Under the pieces are notes generated by a model. That model was given only the letters and a program-made list of their open reading frames with translations, did no database searches and was not told where the DNA came from. Source: Candidatus Binatia bacterium (GTDB lineage Bacteria; Desulfobacterota; Binatia; UBA9968; CAXXLF01). From it: a DNA stretch of 64,000 bases. Location: positions 736,001-800,000 of the forward strand of contig CAXXLF010000001.1 in NCBI GenBank assembly GCA_963664015.2. Reading direction: 5' to 3'. Made by a program: the position numbers and the translations under genes. Below are positions 51,039-61,263 of this stretch, one piece after another. How positions within the stretch are numbered: position 1 is the stretch's first letter; every line of letters begins with the position of its first letter.

Positions 51039-52397
51039 TCACAGGATCTTTGTCTTCCAACGACCTCGATAAAACCAATAGGCCATGGTACTTCCCCACG
51101 CCGTAAATCCGCATGAGATGGCCAGCCACAGGCCATTCTCCCGTAGGCCAAATAAATGAGGAAGAACAAGCGCTGCAACGATCTGTACGCCGGCCAAGGA
51201 AATGGCTGTGATCACCATAGGTGGAACCGTGTCACCGGAACCGCCAAGAGCCGAAGCGAGGACCATCGCCAAGGCCAAAAAGAAGTAAAAAGGGGATGTG
51301 AGCTGGAAGAACCTCGTTCCCTGACGGATTACCTCTGGATCACGATTGAAAAAACCCACGACATTTTCCCCAAAGAGTAAAAACACAACGGTGAACATCA
51401 ACAATATCCCGCCGTACAGCAAAACCGCTGCCCATGCGCTTTTTTCGGCTCGCTCGGGCTTACCAGCCCCCAGGTTCTGACCCACCAACGTTGAAGCGAC
51501 GCTGGACATACCCCAACCCGGGGAAAGGACCAAAATGAGAATACGCATAACGATTCCGTAGGCCGCCAGCGTGTGGGTACCGAATCCAGCAACGATCTTG
51601 ATCATCGCGATGGCTGTTAATGCGCGAAACGAACGCTGGCAGGAACGTGGGATTCCGATCCTGAGAATCTTCCATAGCATAGCCCGGTCCACGCTCATTG
51701 AGCGAAGCGATATCTGGACACCCCTGCATCCGCGAAATAGAACGGAAAGGAGATACCCGGTGGCGACCACATAGCATAAGACCAGACTGACCGCAGCTCC
51801 ATTCACACCGAGGGAAGGCACAGGACCCCATCCGAACACAAGGATGGGTTCAAATGTGAGGGTAAGGATGGTCACTAGCAACATCGCCCGGGCAGGAATC
51901 CTAGCCTCTCCCGCACCTTGAAGGATCGCTGTGATGGCATGGGCCAGTAAATACAAAGAAGCGCTTAGGATGATGATGCGGAAGTACCCAGTAGCCAATG
52001 GGACAACGGCGGGCTCGGCCCCGAGCCATATCGTAATGGGTCTTGCCAAGAGCCCCCCCACCAAGACAATTGGGAGGGAGACCAGTAGCGTAAGTAAGAT
52101 CCCCTGTTGGGCCACGTGAGTCGCCTCCGTATAATCTTTTGCCCCAACAGCGCGAGAGATCAGTGCGCGGAAGCCCATGCTCGTCCCCGAGATAAATGTC
52201 CAGAGAACATCGAGAACAACCCCCCCGATTGAGACCGCGGCAACGGCTTCTGGACCTAACTGACCTACAAAATAGATGTCCGCGACACTAGAAAAGTTCT
52301 GCAGGAGACTGCCGATCACCATCGGGACAGCAAGAAACCAAACCGCTCGGAAAATCGGTCCTTCAGTCAGATCGCGAGTTTCTTCCTTCACGTTCAT
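51039..52397 (-). CDS. MATE family efflux transporter
   Basis: DLTEGPI, DIYFVGQLG, LGVNGAA, LVGQNLGAG; 12 TM segments. Confidence 0.93.
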   Translation of the reverse strand: MNVKEETRDLTEGPIFRAVWFLAVPMVIGSLLQNFSSVADIYFVGQLGPEAVAAVSIGGVVLDVLWTFISGTSMGFRALISRAVGAKDYTEATHVAQQGILLTLLVSLPIVLVGGLLARPITIWLGAEPAVVPLATGYFRIIILSASLYLLAHAITAILQGAGEARIPARAMLLVTILTLTFEPILVFGWGPVPSLGVNGAAVSLVLCYVVATGYLLSVLFRGCRGVQISLRSMSVDRAMLWKILRIGIPRSCQRSFRALTAIAMIKIVAGFGTHTLAAYGIVMRILILVLSPGWGMSSVASTLVGQNLGAGKPERAEKSAWAAVLLYGGILLMFTVVFLLFGENVVGFFNRDPEVIRQGTRFFQLTSPFYFFLALAMVLASALGGSGDTVPPMVITAISLAGVQIVAALVLPHLFGLRENGLWLAISCGFTAWGSTMAYWFYRGRWKTKIL

Positions 52398-52612
52398 ATT
52401 GAGTTTTCCATTGATCTCATGATGCAGGGGTTCGGGGAGGGACGTAAGCACCAAAGGACGGATACCACCACTATCCGTATTGTCCTATGGCCCTGGAGGA
52501 ACTGCTCTTACCGGAGTGGGATTGAGTGAACGGCTACGCCCATACTCGCCGTGGAGAATTACCCCGAGCCCTATCCTTCACCCTATGGCAAGGATGGGTC
52601 TCAATTGGGCGC

Positions 52613-53314
52613 TCATAACCAGGCCTTGCCGATTCCGGCATCAGTAATCCCATCGAGATAGACCTTCCATGCTATCATGGAGTCCTCTGCGGCTCGCAGA
52701 GCTACCTCTCTCTCTGATTCCGCAGAAAGATACTTTTCCAAGTACTCAACCGTACCCTCACTGTGGATTTGATCCACCGAATCGTGGAGGGTCCAGAACT
52801 CGACATCTTCTAGTGAGAGGCCAAGATGGCGCCTCCAGTTCTCTGTTTCCATGGCTGAGAAGTTACCGCATTCGGGTTTATTGGTCCGCTCTAGCATCAC
52901 CTTCGCCGCCACTCCTTCATACCAGGTCCGGTTCTTGGTCAAGGTTTCCCATGTGTGTAGCGCGACAATGGTTGTGGGCAAAGGTTGGGCTTGTTGGATT
53001 TGCTCCTCGGAAAGGCCAATGGATTTGCCCATACGAAGAAGCAGCTCGAAATGTGAGCGTCCCTCAATAGCCTCTTCCTCGTAAAGGTTTTCTGTAACGA
53101 TAAACTTGCGTAGGTCCACGTGGGGACAGTTACCGACCACGTAGGCCCAGCATCGGCGACTATGACGATTAAAGACACCCCATTGTTGCACTAAGACCCT
53201 CGCCCCGTCAACACCAAGACGGTCACGGGAGTAAGCAAACCATTTCGTGTTCGGATGATACTTAGCAACGATTCCGTCCAGGGCTTTTGCAAAAGCAGAT
53301 TGATTTGCACTCAT
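52613..53314 (-). CDS. Heme-oxygenase-like diiron oxidase (CADD/PqqC/TenA superfamily)
   Basis: E-x6-H (EAIEGRSH), a central Glu (MLER) and H-x3-D-x2-H (HDSVDQIH); start ATG 53314. Confidence 0.85.
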   Translation of the reverse strand: MSANQSAFAKALDGIVAKYHPNTKWFAYSRDRLGVDGARVLVQQWGVFNRHSRRCWAYVVGNCPHVDLRKFIVTENLYEEEAIEGRSHFELLLRMGKSIGLSEEQIQQAQPLPTTIVALHTWETLTKNRTWYEGVAAKVMLERTNKPECGNFSAMETENWRRHLGLSLEDVEFWTLHDSVDQIHSEGTVEYLEKYLSAESEREVALRAAEDSMIAWKVYLDGITDAGIGKAWL

Positions 53315-53339
53315 CGAGATATTCCTAAAACTGAGCAAA

Positions 53340-53417
53340 ATCCTACGTGACGTAACGTGGAGTGTCAACCTGAGAGAGGTAAACTCATTTGACACTGGGA
53401 ATGTTTCAATGTAGGTA
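53340..53417. promoter_or_regulatory. Back-to-back putative sigma70 promoters
   Basis: Minus strand TTGACA-17-TAGGAT; plus strand TTGACA-17-TAGGTA. Confidence 0.55.
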
Positions 53418-53437
53418 GGCCGCAGGGGAACGACCAG

Positions 53438-54433
53438 ATGGCAGGAAATAGAATTTTGGTGACCGGTGGTTCAGGACTCGTAGGGGTCTATGTAGTCGCC
53501 ATGCTCCTGGACAGAGGAGAACAACCCATCGTCTATGATACGGGCGTCAACCGGAATCTACTTAGTGCAGTAGGCGTGGATATAAAAGCGATCCCCTTGA
53601 TTCAGGGCGACGTTTTGGATCTACCTGGACTCGTCTCGGTGATCCGAGAGCATCGCGTTGACCGGGTGATTCATATGGCAGGTCTTTCGGGTGAAGAGGT
53701 GCAAAGACACCCCTACAACGGGGTGACGCTCAATGTTATGGGGACGATGAACGTCCTTGAAGCCGCTCAACAGGAAGGGATATCCCGAGTGACCTACGCA
53801 AGCTCAGGGTCCGTCTATCTAGGTTCTCTGGAGCTTGGGTCTCTGGGTGAAGGAACCCAAGGGATCGATGAGACCATTGCCGTCAATCCTCCGTCAATCT
53901 ATGCCGCTACCAAAGCGAGCTCAGAGTTTCTCGGACAGGCCTATGGGCAACGCTTTGGCTTCGAGTTTGTATCTGTCCGTTACGTTGGAGGACTCTACGG
54001 GCCTTCTCCTGTGGCGATGAAGTCCACAAGGGAGCAGGCCATCAGGACCATGGTGCAAGTTGCACTCAAAGGTCAAGCTGCCACCATACAATGGCCTGAG
54101 GGCACCATGGAGCTTCTCTACGCCAAGGACGCGGCTAAGGGGACTGTCCTAGTATGCCTCAAGGATCGGTTAAAAGATCACCTCTTCCACATCGGGAGCG
54201 GGGAATTGCTCAACGGAGAAGACTTTCTCCGGGTACTGAAAAGTACCTTCACCAATGTAAAGATTACACTTCAGAATGTTAGGAGGCCCTTGCCTCACCC
54301 GGAAATCCAGCTCCTCAACGACAATACCCGATCCTGGGAGCAGCTCGGCTATGAACCCGATTATCCCTTGGAAAGGGCCCTGGAGGATTACGCGGCCACA
54401 CTCAGAAAGCTGGAAGCCCACTCAAGCCTCTAG
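53438..54433 (+). CDS. NAD-dependent epimerase/dehydratase family (extended SDR)
   Basis: VTGGSGLVG, IHMAG, ASSGSVY, YAATK. Confidence 0.92.
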   Translation: MAGNRILVTGGSGLVGVYVVAMLLDRGEQPIVYDTGVNRNLLSAVGVDIKAIPLIQGDVLDLPGLVSVIREHRVDRVIHMAGLSGEEVQRHPYNGVTLNVMGTMNVLEAAQQEGISRVTYASSGSVYLGSLELGSLGEGTQGIDETIAVNPPSIYAATKASSEFLGQAYGQRFGFEFVSVRYVGGLYGPSPVAMKSTREQAIRTMVQVALKGQAATIQWPEGTMELLYAKDAAKGTVLVCLKDRLKDHLFHIGSGELLNGEDFLRVLKSTFTNVKITLQNVRRPLPHPEIQLLNDNTRSWEQLGYEPDYPLERALEDYAATLRKLEAHSSL

Positions 54434-54655
54434 CAAGATAGCTAGTTGGGCGGGCTTCCAGACTTTGATAGCCGAATGGAAAGGCTTCTAAGAAGAAAAC
54501 AATCAACGACATCAACGGCCGCGAAACATCTTTCTCCACTCCTTATCACGCTTTACCAACATATAGGCTTCTGTGTTTTTTGATGACTTCCCAAGTGGCG
54601 ATGGTCTTTTCCATGCAACAAATCGGTCCCCTTGCTCTACTGCCTGGACCCTGGA

Positions 54656-55843
54656 TCAAGAATTTTGCAGATGGAAAAACTCAATCGTGTTGCCACAGAT
54701 CATCTTATACTTCTCATCCTCCGGAATACCCGCAAAGCTTTCCGCGATAACCTTGTCCGAGTTTGGCCAATCGGACTCGAGGTGGGGAAAGTCATTCGCC
54801 CACAGAACTTTATCCACGCCCATTTCCTGACGCGCGACACGGACCCCTGTAGGATTGCGATTGAATCCCCAATAGGCATGTTCCCGTGCGTATTCGCTCG
54901 GGAGCTTGGCAAGCGGCGGAAGGCCATAGACACGCTCGACCCAGAACCGCTGGCGGCAATACTCGTTATCCAGCTGGTCCAGCCAATTGGGAATCCATCC
55001 GATCTGGACTTCTGCGATATAGACGTTCAGCTTCGGGAAACGGTCGAATACTCCAGCCCAGATAAGCTGTGTAATCTGCATGGCCCCGCGAAAACCATAT
55101 TTATTGAACCGGTCAACCACGTCCGGTACCGCAGCCTCAGGGTCCGGGGTTTTAGCATACTTGAAAGAGGGTGCCGGCGGCGGCGGTGCTCCACGCTGGG
55201 GGAAGCCAAAGGCCACATGGACGGTTAATGGCATGGCCATCTCAACTGCTGCAGCCCAGAATTTGTCATCTTCAGGCAACGGGAATCTCTTACCAGAAGG
55301 AAAGGCATTCAAGGCAACAGCCTTCAATCCCAGCTCTTTGCAGTGCACCAGCTCGACCACGGCGTCATCCAAGTTGGTCATGGGAATCACGCCGACACCA
55401 ATGAGACGGTCAGAATTTACGGAGCAGTACTCCTCGGCCAGCCAGTCGTTATAGGCGCGGAACATTGCCCTGAAGGCATCGTCATTTTTAATGCCACGCC
55501 AATAGCTAGGACCCACATTACCCGGGAACAAGACCTCGGCATCAACACCGTCCATGTCCTGTTCTTTCATGCGCTGTTTGGGGTCTCCCGTTCCCGGTGA
55601 ATTATCATAGTTATCTCCTGGAAGCGGGTCAAAAGGACGTCTCTCCTCGTAAGGCTTGCCGGAGGAAATATTGCAGATCAGCCTCTCTATGGGCTTACCT
55701 TCTTGCAACACGCCGAGGGTACCGTCCTGCAGGGTGATGACCTGGGGCGCATGGTCGCGGTACTTCTGGGGCAGTCGCTTAGTGTAACGATCAGGTCTAA
55801 TCTCTAGGTGGGAATCGGCTGATATACATCGGTACTGCATCAT
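54656..55843 (-). CDS. Amidohydrolase_2 family protein
   Basis: ISADSH, QDMDGVDAEVLF, AYNDWL, GVFDRFPKL, WANDFPH. Confidence 0.92.
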   Translation of the reverse strand: MMQYRCISADSHLEIRPDRYTKRLPQKYRDHAPQVITLQDGTLGVLQEGKPIERLICNISSGKPYEERRPFDPLPGDNYDNSPGTGDPKQRMKEQDMDGVDAEVLFPGNVGPSYWRGIKNDDAFRAMFRAYNDWLAEEYCSVNSDRLIGVGVIPMTNLDDAVVELVHCKELGLKAVALNAFPSGKRFPLPEDDKFWAAAVEMAMPLTVHVAFGFPQRGAPPPPAPSFKYAKTPDPEAAVPDVVDRFNKYGFRGAMQITQLIWAGVFDRFPKLNVYIAEVQIGWIPNWLDQLDNEYCRQRFWVERVYGLPPLAKLPSEYAREHAYWGFNRNPTGVRVARQEMGVDKVLWANDFPHLESDWPNSDKVIAESFAGIPEDEKYKMICGNTIEFFHLQNS

Positions 55844-55852
55844 CTCTCCTTA

Positions 55853-56569
55853 CTAAGGCCAACGGTTACGCAAATCCGGTCGTACTTTCCAGTAGTCTTC
55901 GAATGCCTTGGGGCCGGCACGCTCATAAACTCGGTGGTGGACCTTCTGCTCCGCATGATGCAACACAACCCGCTCCGAGTATTGGGTGTGCAGCGTTTCC
56001 CCTTCGGCCACCAGACGGTCTGCGAGGGTAAGGTCCTCCAAGTACTGTTTCAACTCGGTCGAGTTCATGATGTTGCAGCGGTAGATCAACCGCCCATCTT
56101 TGTGGATTACGAATACGGCGTTGGGCCAGATACAATAGCCACGATGGACCGTCCCTGCCAGGTCGTCGACCAAGATGGGCACGCGCACATCCTCCAACCG
56201 TTGAAGGTCCCGGGCATGGGAGGCCTTTTGCTCCCAGGAAGTGTGATGGGGGTATTTCTCACCGGGGTGGGATTCCCGTGTATAGAGAAGAAAGGAAAAG
56301 ACCCCCTGCTTCTCGAACTGATCATGGAGACGGTTGAACGCCGGAATTTCATAGGCACACATGGGACTGGTGATCGCGCCTGTCATAAAGACCACATGCC
56401 CCTTGGCGCGCAACTCACTGAGCCCAAGGGACTTCCCCTCCAGGTCCTTTACCTCAAATTCAGGGGCCGGGAAACCGACCTGGGCCGGCATCAATGCACC
56501 GGGGTTTTCCGGCGCCGCGGCGCCAAAGACAAAGTCAGGGGTATTGTACGGTTTTTCCTTTTCGCTCAT
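55853..56569 (-). CDS. Iodothyronine deiodinase-like / AhpC-TSA thioredoxin-fold protein
   Basis: VGFPAPEF, GAITSPMC, YTRESHPGE, ILVDDLAGTVH, WPN. Confidence 0.75.
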   Translation of the reverse strand: MSEKEKPYNTPDFVFGAAAPENPGALMPAQVGFPAPEFEVKDLEGKSLGLSELRAKGHVVFMTGAITSPMCAYEIPAFNRLHDQFEKQGVFSFLLYTRESHPGEKYPHHTSWEQKASHARDLQRLEDVRVPILVDDLAGTVHRGYCIWPNAVFVIHKDGRLIYRCNIMNSTELKQYLEDLTLADRLVAEGETLHTQYSERVVLHHAEQKVHHRVYERAGPKAFEDYWKVRPDLRNRWP

Positions 56570-56581
56570 TGAAATCGGCTC

Positions 56582-57604
56582 CTAATTCTGGCTTTCCTCT
56601 CGGTAAAGCCCCATCGCCTCCAACAGCGGCCGGTCGGTGTTTGAAAACAGGATGGCCGGCTCGCCCTTGGAACCATTGACATGGCGGTGCCAGCTCCAGT
56701 TGGGTATGACAAAGAAATCCCCCTGCTCCCACTCAATCTCTTTCCCCTCGGACTCCGTAACACCTGTCCCCTGGAAGACATGGTAAAGGTGGTTGGCCGT
56801 ATGTCGATGCGTTACGGTTTCTTCGCCGCCTTCGAGCATCTGGATCCAGCAGGAGAAGGTGGGGAAGGTGGGACCGCCATTGGGGTTGCGATATTCCAGA
56901 AGGCGTCCATCATAAGGAGTTTTATCTTCCGGCAGCATCCCTTCCAGCGCCGATAGAGTTTCCCCCCACTTGAAGACCAGCTTTTTGACGCTTTTTCCCG
57001 GAGGCGCGAGTGTGGTAGGGTTGCGCACTGCGTTATCTACCGGGCTGTTGAAGAGCTTGACGTCCTCGGCGGGATGGGGCTCTTGAAACATCGTACGCAA
57101 CATTCCCATCAAGCCAACGTCGAGACAATCGATCCAAACGGCGTCCTTATCGGTTTCATTGATGTGGTTATGCCAGCCCCAGTTGGGCTGAATCAGCATG
57201 TCACCCCGCTCCATTACGCATTTTTCCCCGTTTGTAATGGTGTAAACGTCCTTGCCTCCTTCGAGGACAAAGCGCATGGCGGCTGCCGTGTGCCGGTGAG
57301 AGTAGACCGCCTCCCCTGCCTTGACCAGCTGAACCGCCATCCCTATGGTATTGCTTGTACCATGGGCCATGTTGGGATGGACGAGTTGAAGAACCCGGCG
57401 CGCCCCTTTGTAATTGGTAGGAATCAATCTACCTGCTACGTCCAGCCCTTCCCTGATAGTGGGCCATTTCCAGAGCTGGGGGGGGCCGTACGGTTTCGGC
57501 GCGCGAAAGATCTCCTCACCGGAGGCCCACAGCCCGCGCATGGACTCACCCTCCAGCTTTTGATCCAACTCCTTGAGGTCTTTAATTTCTTGCCATGAAG
57601 CCAT
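56582..57604 (-). CDS. Gentisate 1,2-dioxygenase-like bicupin
   Basis: QLWKW, RRVLQLVHP, SHRHTAAAMRF, WHNHIN, WIDCLD, THRHT, PNWSWHRH, TDRP. Confidence 0.9.
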   Translation of the reverse strand: MASWQEIKDLKELDQKLEGESMRGLWASGEEIFRAPKPYGPPQLWKWPTIREGLDVAGRLIPTNYKGARRVLQLVHPNMAHGTSNTIGMAVQLVKAGEAVYSHRHTAAAMRFVLEGGKDVYTITNGEKCVMERGDMLIQPNWGWHNHINETDKDAVWIDCLDVGLMGMLRTMFQEPHPAEDVKLFNSPVDNAVRNPTTLAPPGKSVKKLVFKWGETLSALEGMLPEDKTPYDGRLLEYRNPNGGPTFPTFSCWIQMLEGGEETVTHRHTANHLYHVFQGTGVTESEGKEIEWEQGDFFVIPNWSWHRHVNGSKGEPAILFSNTDRPLLEAMGLYREESQN

Positions 57605-57681
57605 GGGCTACTCCTCCAACGATTCTAAATGGATCCCGCAGCGTGACCCACCATGCCTGGACTGGAAACAAGACGTTATCT

Positions 57682-57774
57682 TTTATATCGCGGGGAAAGC
57701 CCTTGTCAAGGTACGTTTTTTCGCCCTCTCACCGAGTCGAGGCCATTGACGGGGTCAGCCTATCCCGCTACTAT
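57682..57774. promoter_or_regulatory. Back-to-back putative sigma70 promoters
   Basis: Minus-strand TTGACA (57704-57709) with TATAAA downstream; plus-strand TTGACG-17-TACTAT. Confidence 0.5.
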
Positions 57775-57813
57775 TTCTATCTTTTCGAAACGAAAGTCTA
57801 GGCCCTGATCTAA

Positions 57814-59067
57814 GTGGAAAATTCTGACGATAAAGCCCCCCAGGAGTCACTCCCCAGCAAGATAAGGCCATGGTCCTCACTCCTGATCCGGGACTATGCC
57901 CTGATCTGGAGCGCCAGTTTTTTTGCGGCTACCGCATCTCAAATGCGCCAGGTGGCCAATCTTTATCAAGTCTATGACCTTTCAGGGTCATCCATCAAGT
58001 TAGGCCTTGCAGGTTTTTTCCAGTCTCTCCCTTTTATTTTCTTCGGGATCTTTGGCGGCGTTCTGGCCGACACCTTTGACCGAAAAAAGCTCATCGTCGC
58101 TTCCCAGTTCCTGAATTTGATACCCGCCTTCGCACTGGGCATCCTGACCCTATCCGGCACAATTCAGGTGTGGCACATCTATATTTGTAGTCTGATGACC
58201 TCTTTTGTTCAGGTCGTAAGCCAGCCTGCCCGTGCGGCTATTATTCCCAACCTGGTTCCCCGTTCCTATCTGATGAACGCGATCACCCTGAATATCATGA
58301 CTCACCAGGTCAGCTTGCTCATTGGGCCGGCTCTAGCCGGATTTCTCATCGACTTCATCGGCCTGGACCGGACCTACTTCCTCAGCGCCGCCCTTTTCGC
58401 TCCCGCCATCATCGGCGTCGCGGCCATCCGGAGCTCCGGCGTCCCCGCTGGGGTAAGACGCCAGGTAAGTTTCCGCAACGTCATCGAAGGGATCCAGTTT
58501 ATCTGGGTCCAGCGCATAATCCTCTCCCTTTTGTTTCTGGACTTCGGCACCATCCTGGTAGGTTTCTATCAACCTCTACTTCCCGTCTTTGCCAGCGATG
58601 TCTTTCGCGTAGGTGCCAGTGACCTGGGGCTTCTCTATACCGCACCGGCCATTGGTGCCATCGTGGGTTCAACCTCGCTCCTCATCGCCGGCGATATCGC
58701 GAGGAAAGGAGCCCTGGCCGTGGTTGCGGCCCTCCTATTTGCAGTCAGCCTCGGCCTCCTCGGACTCTCGCCCTGGTTTTGGTTAGGGTTAGTGGCCGTG
58801 GGCGGCCTGAGCCTGACCGACGCCATTAGCGTGTCAACGCGCCGCACGGTTATGAATCTACTGGTAGCGGATACCATGCGCGGGCGGGCCTCAAGCCTAA
58901 TTAGCGTGTTCGCACAAAGTGCCAACGCACTGGGGGCTTTGATAGCGGGAGTCGCAGCCGCCCTGTTGGGAGCCCCCAGGGCCTTGGCCATTGGAAGCAT
59001 TCTGTGCGTCACGGTTATCCTCGCCATCTGTCGAGCCATCCCACAGCTCTGGCGATATCGCACCTAG
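57814..59067 (+). CDS. MFS transporter (EntS/DHA3-like)
   Basis: GGVLADTFDRKK, PARAAIIPNLV, MRGRASS; 12 TM segments. Confidence 0.92.
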   Translation: MENSDDKAPQESLPSKIRPWSSLLIRDYALIWSASFFAATASQMRQVANLYQVYDLSGSSIKLGLAGFFQSLPFIFFGIFGGVLADTFDRKKLIVASQFLNLIPAFALGILTLSGTIQVWHIYICSLMTSFVQVVSQPARAAIIPNLVPRSYLMNAITLNIMTHQVSLLIGPALAGFLIDFIGLDRTYFLSAALFAPAIIGVAAIRSSGVPAGVRRQVSFRNVIEGIQFIWVQRIILSLLFLDFGTILVGFYQPLLPVFASDVFRVGASDLGLLYTAPAIGAIVGSTSLLIAGDIARKGALAVVAALLFAVSLGLLGLSPWFWLGLVAVGGLSLTDAISVSTRRTVMNLLVADTMRGRASSLISVFAQSANALGALIAGVAAALLGAPRALAIGSILCVTVILAICRAIPQLWRYRT

Positions 59068-59705
59068 CCGTGCCCCACCACCGACTCCCAGTGTAACCCC
59101 ACGATACCGGTCCCGGTGTGGCCAGTCGTAATCCCAATCGATCCCTCTCGCTCCTGATCCTCCTACGGGATATGTGTGATAAGGAATCAAAGTGGCCACA
59201 TCCGCGCCACCAGGATTCGAAAAGATCCAAGGGACTGATTCTAAATTTACACCCCAATAAATTTTAAATAAAATTAGACTATCAGGAGACGGATTCTCAA
59301 AAATAGAACACTCAACCCACCGATTGAGAGCCTAGGGGTAGACAGGCTATAGGGAGAAAAGTTGGCAACCGTTTTGCTTCTGCAGGTAAAGAGGCCCATG
59401 AATATCATCGAGAACATCAGTATGATTTTAAACGCCATGGCGATAGAACCGTGGGAGATTTTCTCCTACACTTCTCTCGGCAGCGTTTATATATCCATGG
59501 GCCTCTACCAATCATTCCTCTTAGGCACTTTTGTTTTTACCCACTAATGGGGGTACAAGAATCTGCTCGAGGACCTAGCCCAGACTGGAGGGCATTCGGA
59601 GGCAGTCGTTTTTCTATACGTGATCTGCGGCTTGTTCATCGTAATCGTGGCTATATTGAGCTGCTTTGCCAAACAGTTGAGACGGGCGTTTATCATGCCT
59701 CCGAT

Positions 59706-61263
59706 CTAATAGTATTTTCCCTTAGTCGCTTCATTGGCCTTTGATTCATCCTCGGCTGTCCACGACCCCAAGGAATACCCGTATCAGAGTGTTTTAAGCG
59801 TAAGGGGCGGTAATCCTTCCTCTTTCCAGATCTCCAATGCCTTTTCCATGAAGGGTCACTTGGGCAAACCGACGGCCGGGTATGCCCCCTTTCGGGTCGC
59901 GTCAATCAGCAATCCGGAGCATCCTTCGGGGGGCGAGAACGAACGATTCTCTGGCTTGGTCATCAACGACTCGGCCGATGGATCGAGCAGTGGCGAACGG
60001 GACATGATCACCCGCGTGTCACGATGCAGCTGCATGGTGAAGCTCATCGCCCACGTTACCATATCAGAATTTTTTGGATCAATATCTTCATCGACCACGA
60101 TGATGACCTTGTTGTAAAGCCCATGGAGGAGGCCGCCTGCAGCACCTGCCACGGCTTACTGGGATGAGTCTTTCGAATCCGAATAACCCACCAGTTCCAA
60201 CCCCCACCCATCTCCGGGCAGCACACCTCCAACACTTCCGTTATATTGCAGCCATGCCTAAGATATTCGTGAAGCATCATCTCACGGCATGTTCGTGAGA
60301 TTCCATTGGCTTCACTCGGCGGCAGCCCGACCAGGATGGCCGGTAACAGGGCATCCTTTCGATGGGTGATGGCCTTAACATGGATAACGGTCCTACTTTG
60401 CCGTTCCGCCATTACATATCCCGGATAATCACTGAAAGGGTCCATAGGCTCCATCGCTCCAGGTGGCATCTCTCCCTCGATGACGATCTCGGCCTCTGCC
60501 GGCACCTCAAGGGGGATGGTCTTGCAGGGACCATCTCTACCGGCCGCCCTCTAAGGCCTCCAGCAACGGCCAGTTCCTCCACACCATAGGGCAGATTAGC
60601 CGCCGCAACGTAGTTGATATCGGGGAGCGCCCCTAGGACAATGGCCACCGGTAGAGGCTCTCCACGACGAACAACCGTAGGATATTGGTAAAGCATGGCA
60701 TTGTGAATACGGGCAATACCGGCAAGAAGACGATCCGGACCATAGAAATGACCACTGTACATACCCACGTTACGGGTACCGCTCTCCAAGTCCCGCGTAA
60801 TAAAAGGCCCCGTGACACGAACTCCTCCGCTGAAACCAGCCTCCTCCACCGGGGCAGGAATTCGGTCCAAGCCGGACTTTTTCAACTCGGCACCGATGTG
60901 AACTACCTCTTGCACTGCCCCGCGGCTCACTGTTTGCGAGTTTATGGGTTGTGCCACCGCATGGTGCCATTTCTCGTGGATTTTCTGCGGGTCCTCGCAT
61001 CCCAATCCCAGGTCCATAATCTGACGAGATGAGCTGTAAGCTCCGGTAAGAACCTTCATATCATAACCGCCGCCTTTGGAATCAGTCACCTTCTCCTAGA
61101 GAAAGGCGCGGCGTGCTTCGTCGGGAAGCCCTCGATAATGGAGCCGCATTAAAGCCATAAGTTCGGTATCCTTGTTCACCTCGCGTTGCCATCGGTAAAG
61201 CTTGCCCCGACAATCCAAGTCCTCGATAAATTCACGAAGATCAGCATATTACGTACTGGTCAT
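59706..61263 (-). pseudogene. Degraded UbiD family gene, paralog of 34986-36632
   Basis: MTST*YADLREFIEDL..EVNKDTELM..YGYSLGSW aligns along the whole of 34986-36632. Stops at 61249, 61096, 59856, 59784 and 59706; frameshifts near 60530 and 60125. Confidence 0.88.

Noticed and set aside
3857-61263. Stop-codon reassignment, selenocysteine or pyrrolysine readthrough as the cause of the many in-frame stops
   Set aside because: All three stop types occur internally, intact genes end in all three, the stops are not at catalytic Cys positions, and several of the same genes also carry frameshifts.
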